The notes under the pieces are model-generated. The model ran no database searches and was not told the origin of the DNA. It saw nothing but the letters and a program-made list of their open reading frames with translations. A DNA stretch of 64,000 nucleotides from Eledone cirrhosa (lineage: Eukaryota): positions 135,036,001 to 135,100,000 of the forward strand of contig OZ024742.1 in the NCBI GenBank assembly GCA_964016885.1, in the 5' to 3' direction. Of this stretch, positions 14,608 to 28,334 are shown piece by piece. The translations under genes were made by a program, and so were the position numbers. The stretch's first letter is position 1, and each line of letters opens with the position of its first letter.

Positions 14608-14612
<5 letters not shown>
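13142..14612. repeat. Near-perfect 130-bp inverted repeat pair about 1.2 kb apart (PLE-type tail-to-tail structure)
   Basis: 13142-13272 is the reverse complement of 14483-14612. The interior holds a tandem duplication of about 120 bp (13365-13600) and microsatellites. Confidence 0.85.
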
Positions 14613-14652
<40 letters not shown>

Positions 14653-14955
14653 ATATAAATATATATCTATATCCAAAATTAAGATAATCAAAATTATGGG
14701 TGTCATGCCAGAAAGACATGCGCCATATCACCCGCAAAATAAGCTCTTAGATTCTAACGAATAGGTCCGAGCATTTTATAATAACTAGAAATTGATTAAC
14801 ATATAAATAAACATGAATAATCACTGGAGATATTTTATGATTCATCTTCCCTGTCTATATTCCATTAAATAAATATATTTCACCAATTAATCGAATGGTA
14901 AACCATGGAGGCGGGTACTTGGATTTTCAACAAGGAAGAAGTCCAGCGATCTAAG

Positions 14956-15063
<108 letters not shown>

Positions 15064-16371
15064 TAGACAGGCCGAGAGAGAGAGTAAGAGAATAATAAAA
15101 GGGTCGGAGGCCATATGCAGGTTTATTCAGGTTTTTTTTTCATCTCCATGATATATAATTTGCTGAAATTGATGGCTAACTAGTTTTCTTCCTATCCATT
15201 TCACTAGACAGAGCTCGTCAGGGGGAACACACATATTTAAACAATTTCACACAACTTAACTTCCTTTTTTTTTTAACTTCCTCCAAAAATTTCAAAGATT
15301 TTCCTCGATATGCTTTTGTTTATGATACAAGTAACCGGTACTTTGAGTTGATATTTCTATGTCAGTCAGCCCCTGTAAGTCCCCTATCGCTGGCACGGAA
15401 TTGTATGTATGACCAGAACTGGATTTCGAAAATAGCAAGTCACCGTTATAGGAACTAATTTGCAAGTAGCCCGCATTTCACCTCCACTCCGCCTGCACTG
15501 GTTGTTATAATAGTATTTACAGATAACTCCACTCCACTGCTCAACTTCGTCTGCAACACTACATACCATGAAGGTTATATAGGGGAAGGGGAATAACTGT
15601 CAAAGCGGGGTTGGAATATTTTAACTAAAACCAAGAAATAATCATAAAATAATTTTAATTGAATGGATAAATTTAAAATAGATAACGCAATAAATTATAT
15701 GCAGTAGTCATTAGAGGGTTAAAGTTTAACTGGACTATATAGTGTAAGACCCCTTCTCCATCATTAGGGATACTCTTAACTATAGCTCAATGGAATTCCT
15801 CCGTATATCCACATATGCAGCCTAGGCGATTCTTGCTCTCGGTGAGCGGAGCGTCAAAGTAGAATAATTCGATATAAAGGAAATGGCGAAAGTCAGTTGC
15901 AGACAATAGAAATGTTCCCCAGAGTCTGTAGCAGAGAGCAGTGAAATTAATCGAGATCTCCGGGCTAACGTGTATGCAGATAAGAAGATATTAGTGTGTG
16001 CCGTAAAAAATTACATAGTGTAAATATGAGAATGTGACCAATAAAGTTGAATTAAAGATAAGTTAAATTCAAGTCAATTAAAGTAAATTAAATTAAAGTA
16101 TGATCAGGAAAGTACCAAATAATAAAAGAAGCAGCATGGTATAAATATTCTATAATGCTCCGGCTTGTACCATTTATACATGTCGTTGAATGCTTCATTT
16201 TATTCGCACGTAGTCGACCGACTAAAATGTCATTTACGTATCCCTGGTCGATTAGCTCCATATTATAACATGTATAATGACCCGGTGATAAACAGGTGAA
16301 ACACCAGAGTAACAAGTCGCAAATCTTAGCCTTAATAATAATAATTTTTTTTTTTTAGCCTCAATAATAAT

Positions 16372-16518
16372 TATTGCTACTTTTGGCACAAGGCCAGCAA
16401 TTACCCAGTGCATTACTGCTACTTTATTTTATCGACCCCGTAAGGATGAAAGGCAAAGTTAACCTCAGCGGGATTTGTACTCAGAATGGCAAGGAACGTA
16501 ACTCTATGCGTCAATAGC
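16372..16518 (-). mobile_element. SINE family A copy
   Basis: Matches the consensus. It forms an inverted pair with the copy at 17256-17347. Confidence 0.85.
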
Positions 16519-16561
16519 CTTAATAATAATGAGTACGTTATACACATACACACACACACAC

Positions 16562-16630
<69 letters not shown>

Positions 16631-16880
16631 CAGACAAGTAGCAGACAGACAGACATATACATTCAAAATACATATATACATATGTGTATGAAGAGAAATG
16701 ATAAAGTTTCTTTTACATATATGTAGGCTTGTTATATGCGTTTCGCAGATGATCGTTTTGCTTAATAAATATAATGATCATCTGCATCGAGTGCCCCTTT
16801 AGGTACCATTACCAGTAATTCGCTGAATCACATAACAAGTCGATATATATGTAAAATATATATATATCTATATCTGTGGT

Positions 16881-16981
<101 letters not shown>

Positions 16982-17255
16982 CGAGTGAGAGATACGTGGA
17001 TGTGTTTCTGTTTTCGGGGATGCATGATTGGGGGTGCGCATGGGTGGATGTGTATGTGTGTTTGTTGTTGAGTGTGTGTCCGCGATTGTCTGATTATAGA
17101 ATATAACTCTTTTAATCCCATAAAGATATATACACAAACTAGTATAGAAATCATTAATGAAATAAATGCAATCCCATGTTCCTGCAGTTTCTTTTATGAA
17201 AGTCTTTTTACAAAAACGTTTTGTAATTTTTATGATTTACTTACATTATTGCATC

Positions 17256-17347
17256 TTTGCCTTTAATCCTTACGGGGTCGATAAAATAAAGTACCAATAA
17301 TGTACTGGGTAATTGCTGGCCTTGTGCCAAAAATAGAAACAATTATT
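17256..17347 (+). mobile_element. SINE family A, 3' half
   Basis: CCTTACGGGGTCGATAAAATAAAGTACC...GGCCTTGTGCCAAAATAGAAACAATT. Confidence 0.85.
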
Positions 17348-17582
17348 TCATTAATTACTAATTATTTTACTAGTTTCTATTCCATTTAATGTTTGTGCGT
17401 AAACTTATTTTTCTATGGAGGCATTGTTTTTGTTTCTCTTTCGTGAATTATTCCATGTGACACAATTGGTAGTTATTTGGTAAATTCATATGAGAGTAAA
17501 ACAAAATTTACTGCGTCATCTTTTCTGGAACTTCCAATTTTCAGAAAAAAATTACACCGATATAAACTTTAATTTTATGTTT

Positions 17583-17761
17583 TCAGTATCGATAAAATTG
17601 AGTACTTTCTATGGACGGCATTAAACGAGGTGCCTCTATGTATTCTTTCGAGCCTTTGCTTTCTTTGTTCAAATCCTTCACATATGGTTCAATTAATTCC
17701 TTATAAATTCGAACACCAGAACATACAAGTTCTGTATCTGATACAATCAGTGTCGAAGGAT
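17583..17761 (-). CDS. Candidate terminal exon of an unidentified, possibly decayed gene
   Basis: Acceptor TTTCAG is followed by the phase-1 open frame PSTLIVSDTELVCSGVRIYKELIEPYVKDLNKESKGSKEYIEAPRLMPSIESTQFYRY*. The sequence is non-repetitive. Confidence 0.4.
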
Positions 17762-18537
17762 CTGAAACGTCATGAAATTGAATCTCAAGTAACAGAATAT
17801 TTATAACATTTTCATTGTAAATATTAGTGATCTTTTTTTATTGTTTTGAATCTACGAAAAGTTCAAATTTATTGACCAGCATATGTAAACTATGCAATCA
17901 TGATACAAAAACCATGTCAGCACACTTAAAACCAGTTCCCCAAAGAGGAATGCTTTCAAATAATAAATGTATTTGAAGACCATTGTCATTTCGTATTTAT
18001 TTGTCACTTCGTATATATTTGTTTGTTGTTTGTAACAAAGTAAGCAATCGTGTAGGTCATGTAGATTCAGGTGTTGCCCCTAGCTTTTTCAGATGCGTTA
18101 ATGTTAATCAGAGAAAGATAAATGTTGTTTCGTTGTGACAGCGAATACAATTCTACGTGGTTATTTGACCTACTAGACGTAAAAGCCAAATTTCATTCGT
18201 CAACTATCACTTTAATATAAAACAAATCAACTAGAAAATGTAATCTTGAATATATTATAGCAGAAACGTATTCGCGTTTGTTACGAGTTTCAAGATTGTC
18301 GAATGATATAATTATAGTTATATAATTATATATATATAGTTATTTGAGTTAGGTGAATTGGCAGGCAGAATTATTAGAACATTGCTTGGCGGAAGTAGTT
18401 TCAGTTCACTTCTCCCTGAGTTCAAATCCGGCCGTTGTCAAATTAAAATTCATGTATTCATGTCGATCAGAAAGGTACCAGTCTATTACTGGTGTATATT
18501 TTTACTCTATATGTCATTCCTAGTTCCGTTCACTAAC

Positions 18538-18838
18538 TGCGTATCCTCCCCAGAAAGAAACCAGCTGTATTCAGACCCAAGGAGAAGATGGGCTGCTCTG
18601 CCAGATTTTATAAAATAACCTACGGCGCATCGAGGCCTTCCTCGGTAGTTACGAGTCTGTCCATCAATAGTTTCAGAGAAGGCAAAAAAGAAAAGAAATT
18701 GCGTGGAAACATGTCTACACTGTGAAGAAGATTTTCAGGCAGTTAGATCCCGTTGTGGTTTTAATTGACGACTCTATACCTTCGCCAACAAATCCTTTGT
18801 AATGTATGATATGTTGGTCAACATTAGAAGGACAAAAT
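18538..18838 (-). pseudogene. Candidate internal exon with disablements
   Basis: Bounded by acceptor TTTTCCTCAG and donor GTTAGT. It starts FCPSNVDQHIIHYKGFVGEG and ends NLAEQPIFSLGLNTAGFFLGRIR, in phase with the 17761 exon, but needs a frameshift and two stop read-throughs. Confidence 0.3.
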
Positions 18839-19244
18839 CTGAGGAAAATATGTTATTTTTAATCTTTGTACGATAGCATATTCAATCCATATTTACATTT
18901 TACGAAGATGATGATACTACACGTTTTTGGCATATAAGGCAAAAAGATCTAAAAAAACAAACTTTGAGAAATAGTCTTTGGTCTGGTGAGACGGCACTAA
19001 TAACTACTTCTGACAATCTATGAATAATTCAAATTTCATTGAGGAATAAACAAGGAAATCTTATTTCTAGCACTCCATGAATAATGGTTAATATTACCAC
19101 TCACTATAATAATAAAGTTTGCTCTGAGACGTGTAATTATATTTTGATTAATCATAACACTATTTATTTATTTCAATATCAACGCAAAAAAATTATAAGG
19201 TATTCCATTTTAAACAATGCAATTTATGTGTGTATATATATATA

Positions 19245-19357
19245 TATTAAAATAACAGATTAAAGTTTAAGCAAATAATCGCTGCTTTCACCCCTGAGAT
19301 CCCGTTAAGGGTGAAAGCAGCGATTATTTTCTTAAACTTTAATCTGTTATTTTAATA
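19245..19357. repeat. Hairpin element with arms of about 47 bp and a hammerhead-like remnant at the loop
   Basis: ATTAAAATAACAGATTAAAGTTTAAG...GCTTTCACCC is paired with its reverse complement. A single-arm relative lies at 60572-60635. Confidence 0.8.
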
Positions 19358-19445
19358 AATATTTGCCCTGCGGTTCTTATATATCTGATATATATTTATC
19401 CTTATCGAGCCCTCTTTGGATTTTAGTCTTCAAATTTATTATTAT

Positions 19446-19578
<133 letters not shown>

Positions 19579-19664
19579 TGAGTGGGTGTGTTTGTCTTTG
19601 TGTATGAATATATATTTAAGGGTATACGTGTACATTATATTTATATTTATATATATATATATAT

Positions 19665-19880
19665 GCCAAACTGAACATCATTTTGCTGATAGTGAAATGA
19701 CTGAAAACCTCGTTTATCAAGTACATAGGGATTTCATGTGCTTTGTAAAAGAAGTTTTGAGGGATCATTTTCTCCCTTCTCCAACCCATTTATTAAACTA
19801 CAGAGATAATGGATGTTTGACGGTTGTCAGTTCTGGGCTCAAAAGATGGATGTTCTTGTCAAATTTTTAAAAGATATTGT
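19665..19880 (+). mobile_element. Possible degenerate DNA transposase fragment (Sola-like)
   Basis: DSEMTENLVYQVHRDFMCFVKE is followed, in another frame, by DGCSCQ, which resembles the SDGCxxQ(Y/F)K motif. Weak. Confidence 0.25.
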
Positions 19881-20632
19881 CGTTTCCTTGTCATTGACAT
19901 TAACATGAATTGAGATATTTCTCTATTGCGTATGTAATGAATTTTATACATATATATGTATACACAGAGAAACACACAGACAAACATGCATATATAAAAA
20001 GTATGTGGATGCGTATGTCTATTTCTGTATGTACAGATACATATTATGTTATATACATAGTAGTAATATGTATATACGTGTGTGTCTGTCTATATACATG
20101 CGTTTTATTATTGCTGTTGTTTTGTCTTGTTAAACACTATTTCAACTTTAAATGTTTAGACTAAGATTAGAGTCGTTCGCATTGTAACCATCTACTTTTA
20201 TTTCTAAGATACAGTATCCTACATATGTATCTATGTTTATATGTATATTTGCAACACACACACACATACACACGCACACACACACAGACACAAACACATA
20301 CAAACACACAAACATACACAAATACACACACACACACACACACATACACACACACACACAAACACACACACACAAACACACACACACACACAAACATATA
20401 AGGAGAGAAAGGGAGAGAGGAAAAGTGAAAGAGGCAGAGAGAGATAAAGAGAGAAAGAAATGGGGTGTAGTCTCTTTTATTCAACTTACTGATTGGTGAA
20501 AAATCATTTTTGGCATGAAACATTGAAAAATGATAAAGCCCAGTGGTATTTAATCTAAGTGTGTAAGGGCTGTAAAAACAAAATACTCTTTGTTTTGATA
20601 AGTTGACTTAAAGAAAGATGGCAACAATATTT

Positions 20633-20871
20633 ACTCGATAAAGTGTGTAACTCGGAGATCAGAGAGTCACTCAAGGTAGAACTGCTACTTCTCCGAATTG
20701 AGAGATCACAGCTCTGATATTATGGGCATGTGATTAGAATGTCTCAGGAAAAAATCGCTGGACAGATTTTACGGTTAAACCCAACCGTCAAGAGAGCCAG
20801 GGATAGTTCTCGAGCAAGATGGTTGGATAACATGCTTGAGCTTGCCTCTCAGGGCGAAGAAGAAGAAGAAG
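20633..20871 (+). mobile_element. RTE-clade LINE 3' fragment
   Basis: Translates to LDKVCNSEIRESLKVELLLLRIERSQL*YYGHVIRMSQEKIAGQILRLNPTVKRARDSSRARWLDN and ends in (GAA)n. Confidence 0.8.
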
Positions 20872-20920
20872 TTTTAACCTAGTGCTCTACACATTCTAGT
20901 ATGAAATCATACCTGCTTTA

Positions 20921-21088
20921 AATAATTGTTTCTACTGTTGGCATCAGGGCAGTGCATTACTGGTGCTTTTTATCGACCCTGTAAAGAGGAAAGGCAAAGT
21001 TAAACTCGGCGGCATTTTACCTCATAATTTAAAAGGCCATAAATCTATTCGCAAAGCATGGTATCTGACACTCTACCGATACTGCCTA
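20921..21088 (-). mobile_element. SINE family A, diverged copy
   Basis: TTTTATCGACCCTGTAAAGAGGAAAGGCAAAGTTAAACTCGGCGG...CTCTACCGATACTGCC. Confidence 0.75.
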
Positions 21089-21230
21089 AAGTGGATAAGT
21101 TATAAGTCATAATATTCGAAGGCGAATTTCTCACAAAACTAAATGCTTGAAAAACTCGTATAATTGCAATTGCTCAATGCACGATAACACCTTAGGATTT
21201 CTTAAAATATTTTCAAGCTGATTTTCTTAC

Positions 21231-21330
21231 CTTGCAAACGAATATGTGTTACCGTTGTTTTTTTCTTTTCTCATACAATCTAAAGCTCCTTGCAAAATTA
21301 GAAAGAACACGGACGGCAGACATACTGAGA
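21231..21330 (-). other. Candidate exon ending at a strong splice donor
   Basis: CAAG|GTAAGA donor. The frame MRKEKNNGNTYSFA-R (ATG at 21274) ends in phase 2, compatible with the 18838 acceptor. Confidence 0.3.
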
Positions 21331-23240
21331 AATTCAATACGACACCTTAAGGATGCTATGAATTCGATGACTGTAACTAGAAGTCCTTTAATTATTTGCT
21401 GCTTGATAAAAATGTTAGTAATAGGAGAAATCACCAGTGCGAATTCTGTCGAAGCCACTGTGTAGAAGCTGAAAACAGTTTCTATCCTCAGCAACAAAGT
21501 ATAAGTATATTAGAAGAGGAATTTGTTTATGTTCGTCATTTCAGAGTCTGTTTATTAACTTGAGGTTTACTAATTACTTTTACATTCAAAGATGACTCAA
21601 AATGAAGTAAACCGATATGAAAAAAAGCATGAATTCAAACGATATATACGAGTGAAAATACGAATGAAGCAAACTGCCACGTTCTGCAACTAATTCCACT
21701 TAGATGAAGACAAATACGAGTGCATGAAATCATACAAAATTGAAAGAAAATGAATATTTGATGGATTATATAAAACTCTAAAAACTCAACACAACAAGAA
21801 CAGTATCGACGTTATGGCAGTAACACAGGGCTTTCCTATTGTTGAACTAGAGCACGAAGGGTATAATTTCATTTGATGTGTCACCTTCGCTCACTTGTTT
21901 TCCTGGGTTCTGAAAAGGGCTCATTAAATAAATGTGCTGAAATGTATTCCATAGTCAGGTTCAACAAGCATTTCTGAATGAAATATTTTCGAGGAAATCT
22001 CAACAAGTGCAGACTAAGCTAGTCTCAGTGATATTTGTGACATTACTGACTCATTGAATTACATGTATGATACATTTCCCCCCGTTGAGTGGTCTGCAGC
22101 ATCGTCAAAAAATACATAGTTATGGATGCACAGCCTCCGCTGAGGAATGATCTCACCACCTTACGAATATGAGTCGAATATTCTCACCAGTAACTCACAA
22201 TCTTTCACAATATATATAAATATGTCAATAAACATATATATGTATGCCGAATATGAGCCGAACGTTCTCACCAGTAAGTCATTGGTTTTCACTATATATG
22301 TGTGTGTGTGTAAATAAATATATATATATATATATATGGGGGGGGGGGGGGTATGTGTGTATGCTTGCATGCATACATATACATTTGAACTCGTTGGGCT
22401 TTGAACGCAGAACATAAATAACCAGAGGAAATACAACCAAGCGCTATGTCAGTTGCCCTAACAAGTTTGCCTATACACCACCATGATAATTATTTATACA
22501 TTTGTCACACGGGCAGCTATTTAAAAGAAATGGGAAAGTTGATTGAATCGATCTCAGCAAGATTTGAAATGACAACTTACCTATATGACACAACTATATG
22601 TAAGAAAACACATTGTTCGTAGCTCTACCAAAACTTCCAATCCACCGCCCTGATACCCATAATAATAATAATGGTTTCAATATTCGTTACAACGACAAAA
22701 ATTCACGAGGAGGGAAAATTCGGTTATGTTGAGGCAATACTTGCCATGTATTTTATTTTAACGATTTCGCAACGTATTTCACGAATATCACGCAGATACT
22801 GGAGATTAAAGCTGCAATGGATTGGCTTCATACCTCTTTTTACTTAACTTACATGAAACTAAGATAAACACTGACCTAATGAGACACCGGCGTGGAAAGA
22901 AGAAGAAGAAGAAGAAGTAGAGGAATTTATTTTCATTCTTTATTTTATTATATTCTCTGCATACATACAATAATTAATACTTTAAAACTAATTGAGGCGA
23001 GCACAAAAATCTGTTCAGACAATCTGTGCAATGCTATTCTAAAACGTGTATAGTGTGTCATGGAGGTATATACAAGGAAAGTGCTCAAATACAGAACTAT
23101 TAATCCACACGTCAAATATATGCTTATAGATCTGTAATTATAAACCGACCTACAAGCGAGAACCGAAAGATTTGGCTGTGTTTTGGAACAGCATGTTTCT
23201 ATCCATTTATTACTCCTTATACAAAGATTTGATACATAAT

Positions 23241-23424
23241 TGTTTCTACTTTAGGCACAAGGCCAGCAAATACCCAGTTTATTACTGGTACTTTATTTTA
23301 TCGACCCCGTAAGGATGAAAGGCAAAGTCAACATCGGAGGGATTTGAACTCAGATCGTAAAGGGACGTAACTATGCTGGAAAGCAGGGCGCCCGACCCTC
23401 TACCGATACTGCCAATCCACCGCC
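23241..23424 (-). mobile_element. Full-length SINE family A with 14-bp TSD
   Basis: A-box-like TGGCAGTATCGG and B-box GAGTTCAAATCC on the minus strand. ATTTGATACATAAT is repeated at 23227-23240 and 23425-23438. Confidence 0.9.
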
Positions 23425-24767
23425 ATTTGATACATAATAACCTCCCATTAGTATCCTTTAAGTGGTTCGAGACAAAACCTCATCCCATTTCTCGGTTCTT
23501 TTGTTTTATCTTGTAACAAATGCCTGATATACTTTACACCAAATTCTGTTATGTTTTACCTGCATCGAACTTATTTTCGATAATTAGTCCCTCATGACAA
23601 TACAATTTAACACTATTGCGCTAATTTGTCCACAGGTTACTGATTTGCCTTTCAAACAATCGTGAGTTTCATGCCATCATGATCATTGATATCATTCTCT
23701 AGATTCGTGTTTCAATATTTTACGTATATCTAACACTTCTTTCCGTTATTTCTTTTCCTGCTTTTTTCCCCATCATTTTCTTTCCATCTGCCTTTGATTA
23801 CCTAACAACGCATATAGAAAGATGATGTCTTCTATTAGTTGGTAGGAGAAATCTTTCAGACGTCGTCTTCCGGAAGCGTAAATGGGCAATACAGTCCGAT
23901 CTCTTGTGGAACTTGAATCCGCGATGTAATCTTTAGTACTACTAGAACAGGAAATTTCATATGTGATATTGATTTTGAAAAATCTCATTTTCAACGTTCA
24001 ACACATTTTAATTACTAACGTTGGGAGGAAGTAGAGGCTCTTTCGGATTTCTGGTCAGTATCTCCGGCTTTGGACGAAGCGCACTTCTCCGCCATACAAT
24101 AAAACAAATCATCATTCATGTCTCATATACTATCTACAAAAAACCAAAGACTAAAATATTAAACAAAACTACTCGCAAAACCAGAACTCGAAACAGATGA
24201 TGCGTATAAATGCAACTAACTTCACCAAAAGTCTATGCGTCTACATCTCAGCAAAGATGTAGTTACGCCTGGTGAGGAAGTAGAAACTCATACAAATATA
24301 TAGAAAGCTTGATGATAGTAAAACTAATGAGAAGGAAGAGGTGTGATGCAAAATAGTGAAAAGGAGAGGAGGGAAGATGGGAAAAAATGAAGAGAATGAT
24401 GACTGTGGAACATCGTAGAAATTTCCGAAGAAGAAAATATGATATTGCGGCTTCTATATGAAAAGAGTTAATGCATCAAAGGCGGGAATTGAAAGTAAAA
24501 AAAAGAAAATCCAAAAACACAGGAACAAAATTTACGTCATTGAGCCAGTATAAATTATTCTAGTTTTAAAGAATATGGACGTCGACAGATATTTACTGAC
24601 TACTATGCTACAAATAGTTTTATTCAGAACACATGCCTTTTGAAAAAGCGGACAGAATAATGGGAAGAAAAAATTACTTCTTACACCTAGTAATTTTCCT
24701 TACACATTAAGTTCTATTTATAGCCAATGTTTCAGGTTATAAAACATAGTAAATTTAATCAATATAC

Positions 24768-24838
<71 letters not shown>

Positions 24839-25199
24839 CATGGAGGGACAGTGAATGTGTATGTGTCGGCGTGTGTGTCTATGTGTGAGTGGGGATGTGT
24901 CTGTGTGTTTTCAATTACTTTCTATTTGCATCGATTTCTTTGTGTGTATATGTGTTTGTGTGTATATATGTGTTTGTGTGTGCATGTGTGAGTATGTGGG
25001 CGCGTGTGTGCGTGTGTGTGTGTGTGTGTGCATGTGTTGTGTGTGAGAGTGTTTGTGACTGTGTGTTCTTGAAATATGTTTTTCTCTTTTACCATTTTTG
25101 CCTTTGGCAAATTTGTAATTTTTCATACACATTTCATACATATATTCTTTCTTTTATCCCTCTATCTCTTTCCAACAATGGTGTTTATATATATATATA

Positions 25200-25247
<48 letters not shown>

Positions 25248-25849
25248 TGTACGTCTGTGCGTATGAATGTATGCATGTATGTGTGCATGTATGTATGTAT
25301 GTATGCATCTAAGGTATAGAGGCTAATCATGAAAAGATTTAATGCTGTGTAAAACGCATAATAATGTAATAGTAAAATAAAGTATGAAATGCAATTATGA
25401 CTTGTCTCTAACTCTATAAAACTATCAATGGTTGAAAATATATCAATACCAAATGCTCTTAAACTATACAGGTATATCTGATGACGAAGTACGTCACCTT
25501 TTTTTATAAAGTATAAAATTAAGACTTTGTGTTTCAAATTTCGTCAAAAGTTGCATATTTTTTTGTGTATAATATTGGTATTTCGTGTGAATGTTGGCAA
25601 TAAGGTTTGACCAATGCTTACCGGTTTCTGTTTGTGTGTGTGTATACTTATAATTGACTTTGTAAAAATGCTTCTCTTTCCATCCTTTAACTTTCGTATC
25701 ATCTATTTACTACATTGGTACATCATATAAAACAAATGGATAAAGATCTATACGTAAACTCCTGGTATTACTTCGTGATGCCTATTACTAAATAACGCAT
25801 GCCACAACAAATAATTAATGTTGAGCAATGTTCTATGTCATTATATCAT

Positions 25850-26122
25850 TATATCGGTAGAAGGTCGGACGCCATGCTTTGTCGCATAGAGTTACGACAC
25901 TTGCCATTCTGAGTTCAAATCCCGCCGAGGTTAACTTTGCTTTTCATGCTTACGGGGTCGATAAAATAATGTACCAGTAATACACTGGTTAATTACTGGT
26001 CTTGTGCCAAAAGTAGAAACAATTATTTCACATTCTGAGTTCAAATCCCACCGGGGTCGATAAAATAAAGTACTAGTAATACAGAGGGTAATTGCTGGCC
26101 TTGTGCCAAAAGTAGAAACCAT
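25850..26122 (+). mobile_element. SINE family A plus a tandem, internally deleted second copy
   Basis: CATTCTGAGTTCAAATCCC occurs twice and both copies end TTGTGCCAAAAGTAGAAAC. Confidence 0.85.
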
Positions 26123-27049
26123 TATATCACATTATAGATGCATGTTTTCCTTACTCGGAAAGTAGTTTCTCGATGGTTTCATCCCGTGAGAGAGATAAGC
26201 AAGTGAATAATTGTATTCGTTTATTTTCAAACAGGCATGAGACAAAAGTATATAAGTGTTATGCATTTAATATTTCATATGTCATTTTTCATTCTATATA
26301 TTCAAATATATCTAAACATCAATAGAGCTCTTCCTAGATTATTAATATAATGAAATTGTCCATCTATGAACCCTATAATTCTGATGTGATCGGAAGTGTA
26401 CCATTGCGATATATGTTTTGGGGCATTTTAATCTAACGGAGACGACCCCTCTCAAAATATGAACATATACTTTCCGTCTAGAGTAATATATTGAGACTAA
26501 GAGACAATATCAGAAAGAGGAAACAATGCTCCCTATAGCAAGAATGACACATTATTTATCGATCTCGAATGAATTAAAGACTCAGTGAGCAGAGATCCGC
26601 ATCAAATCCTGACGTTCTGATGATACCTCCAACTAACCACTTCTAGTGATGTAGATTATCCGAGAAATTGTCTTTCTTTTCTTCGGGAAAAATGTATAAT
26701 AGAAAATGGTTGAGAAACATAGAAACAGGATCGTACATTATTTTAGAGATAGACGGAGAGAAAGAGAATGAGAGAGAGAGAGGGAGAGATTATCTATACA
26801 GAGTAATGATGTCCGTCAAATTTCAATTTTAGGAGAATTCTTTCTTTTTCCGTCTTATTAATTTGACATCATTCATGCTGGTACAATTCTAGCCTATTTT
26901 CACTGTATGTTGGTTGAATATTTGCCAGTATTTATGGCCTCTGTGAACTAGAAGGATTAGGAATGTTCTACTTACAATAGACTTTACGTTGAGCGCGAAT
27001 GGAGGCGCGAACGAGACGACGTCTTTATGTCTAGACACTTTCTTGATGG

Positions 27050-27076
<27 letters not shown>

Positions 27077-27080
<4 letters not shown>

Positions 27081-28052
27081 ATCGGAGTTTTTCGAATATT
27101 AATAATTGTTTCTACTTTAGGCACAAGGCCAGCAATTACCCAGTGCATTACAGGTAAGCCATGTCAGTAGAATGAACCCTTCATTCTTGCTCTTGTGTTG
27201 GCATGTGAACAGAACTGCAGACACTAATGCTTCTGACATGGCTATAAAATTGAAGCTTGTTCGATAATTGCAAACGAATCAAATGTTATTATTAATATTC
27301 GAGGCGGTGGATTTGCAGTATCGGTAGAGAGTCGAAAGCCATGCTTTCCAGCATAGTTACGTCCCTTTACGACCCGAGTTCAAATCCTGCCGAGGTAAAC
27401 TTTGCCTTTCATCCTTACGAGGTCGATGAAATAAAGTACCAGTAATTTACTAGGAAATTGCTGGCCTTGTGCCAAAAGTAGAACCTATTAATATTCGAAA
27501 AGGTGGATTGGCAATATCGGTAGAGGGTCGGACGCCATGCTTTGCAGCAAAGATTTAAGGTCCATTGTGGTCTGAGCTCAAACCCAGCCGAGGTTAACTT
27601 TTCCTTTCATCCTTACGGAGTCGATAAAATAAAGTACCAGTAATACACTGGTATAATTGCTGGCATTGTGCCAAAATTAGAAACAAATTTTAATTATCGA
27701 AAAACTCAGATTACATTCATTGTAGAGCGAAAATTTCCTTTACATATATATATATATATATTTATTTATTTATATATATATATGCCTGTATTTATAAATG
27801 TATGTACGTATGTCTGTTTGTATTTAAGATAAAAATGTAAATGTTTGACAAACATTAAATTGCGCATCATTATGGTGGATTGTCAGTATTTGTAGAGGGT
27901 CAGACGCCATGCTTTGACGTATAGAGTTACGGCCCTTGCCATTCAGAGTTCAAATGCCGCCGAGGTTAACTTTGCCTACGGGGGTCGATAAAATAAAGTA
28001 CCAGTAATGCGCTGGGTAATTGCTGGCCTTGTGCCTAACGTAGAAACAATTA
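27077..28052. mobile_element. SINE family A cluster: one inverted tail and three forward copies
   Basis: Forward copies at about 27303-27485, 27500-27690 and 27873-28052. Inverted tail at 27101-27156. Confidence 0.9.
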
Positions 28053-28334
28053 TGTCTTATAGGTAAACAAAGTAGCGGAGAAAAAGGGTTCTGTCTTAAT
28101 AATGTCAGATTTCAGGCAGAAACATGGGAGAGCATTCTCTGGTCAATACTTCGCAATTGCCTTCTTCATCTTTAACATTACATTCCGCAGCGTCATCATC
28201 TTTACCACCTACAATACCACAACAATCGCCATCAGGACCATGAACGTCACCATCACCAGTATCATCACCTTAACCAACACTACCAGCACGAGCATAACCT
28301 CAACCAACATTACCACAAACATCATAACAACAAA

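Noticed and set aside
22161-22295. Diverged tandem duplication of about 85 bp
   Set aside because: It is an ordinary local duplication with no further structure.
23241-23424. SINE heads as functional tRNA genes, or SINE family A as PLE-mobilised
   Set aside because: There is no cloverleaf acceptor stem, and the clean 14-bp TSD fits ordinary LINE-type integration.
23773-24090. Minus-strand ORF or first exon
   Set aside because: Every frame has stops and no motif is recognisable. Only a donor-like site supports it.
25477-25500. CTGATGA motif as a hammerhead
   Set aside because: No GAAA or compatible stems follow it.
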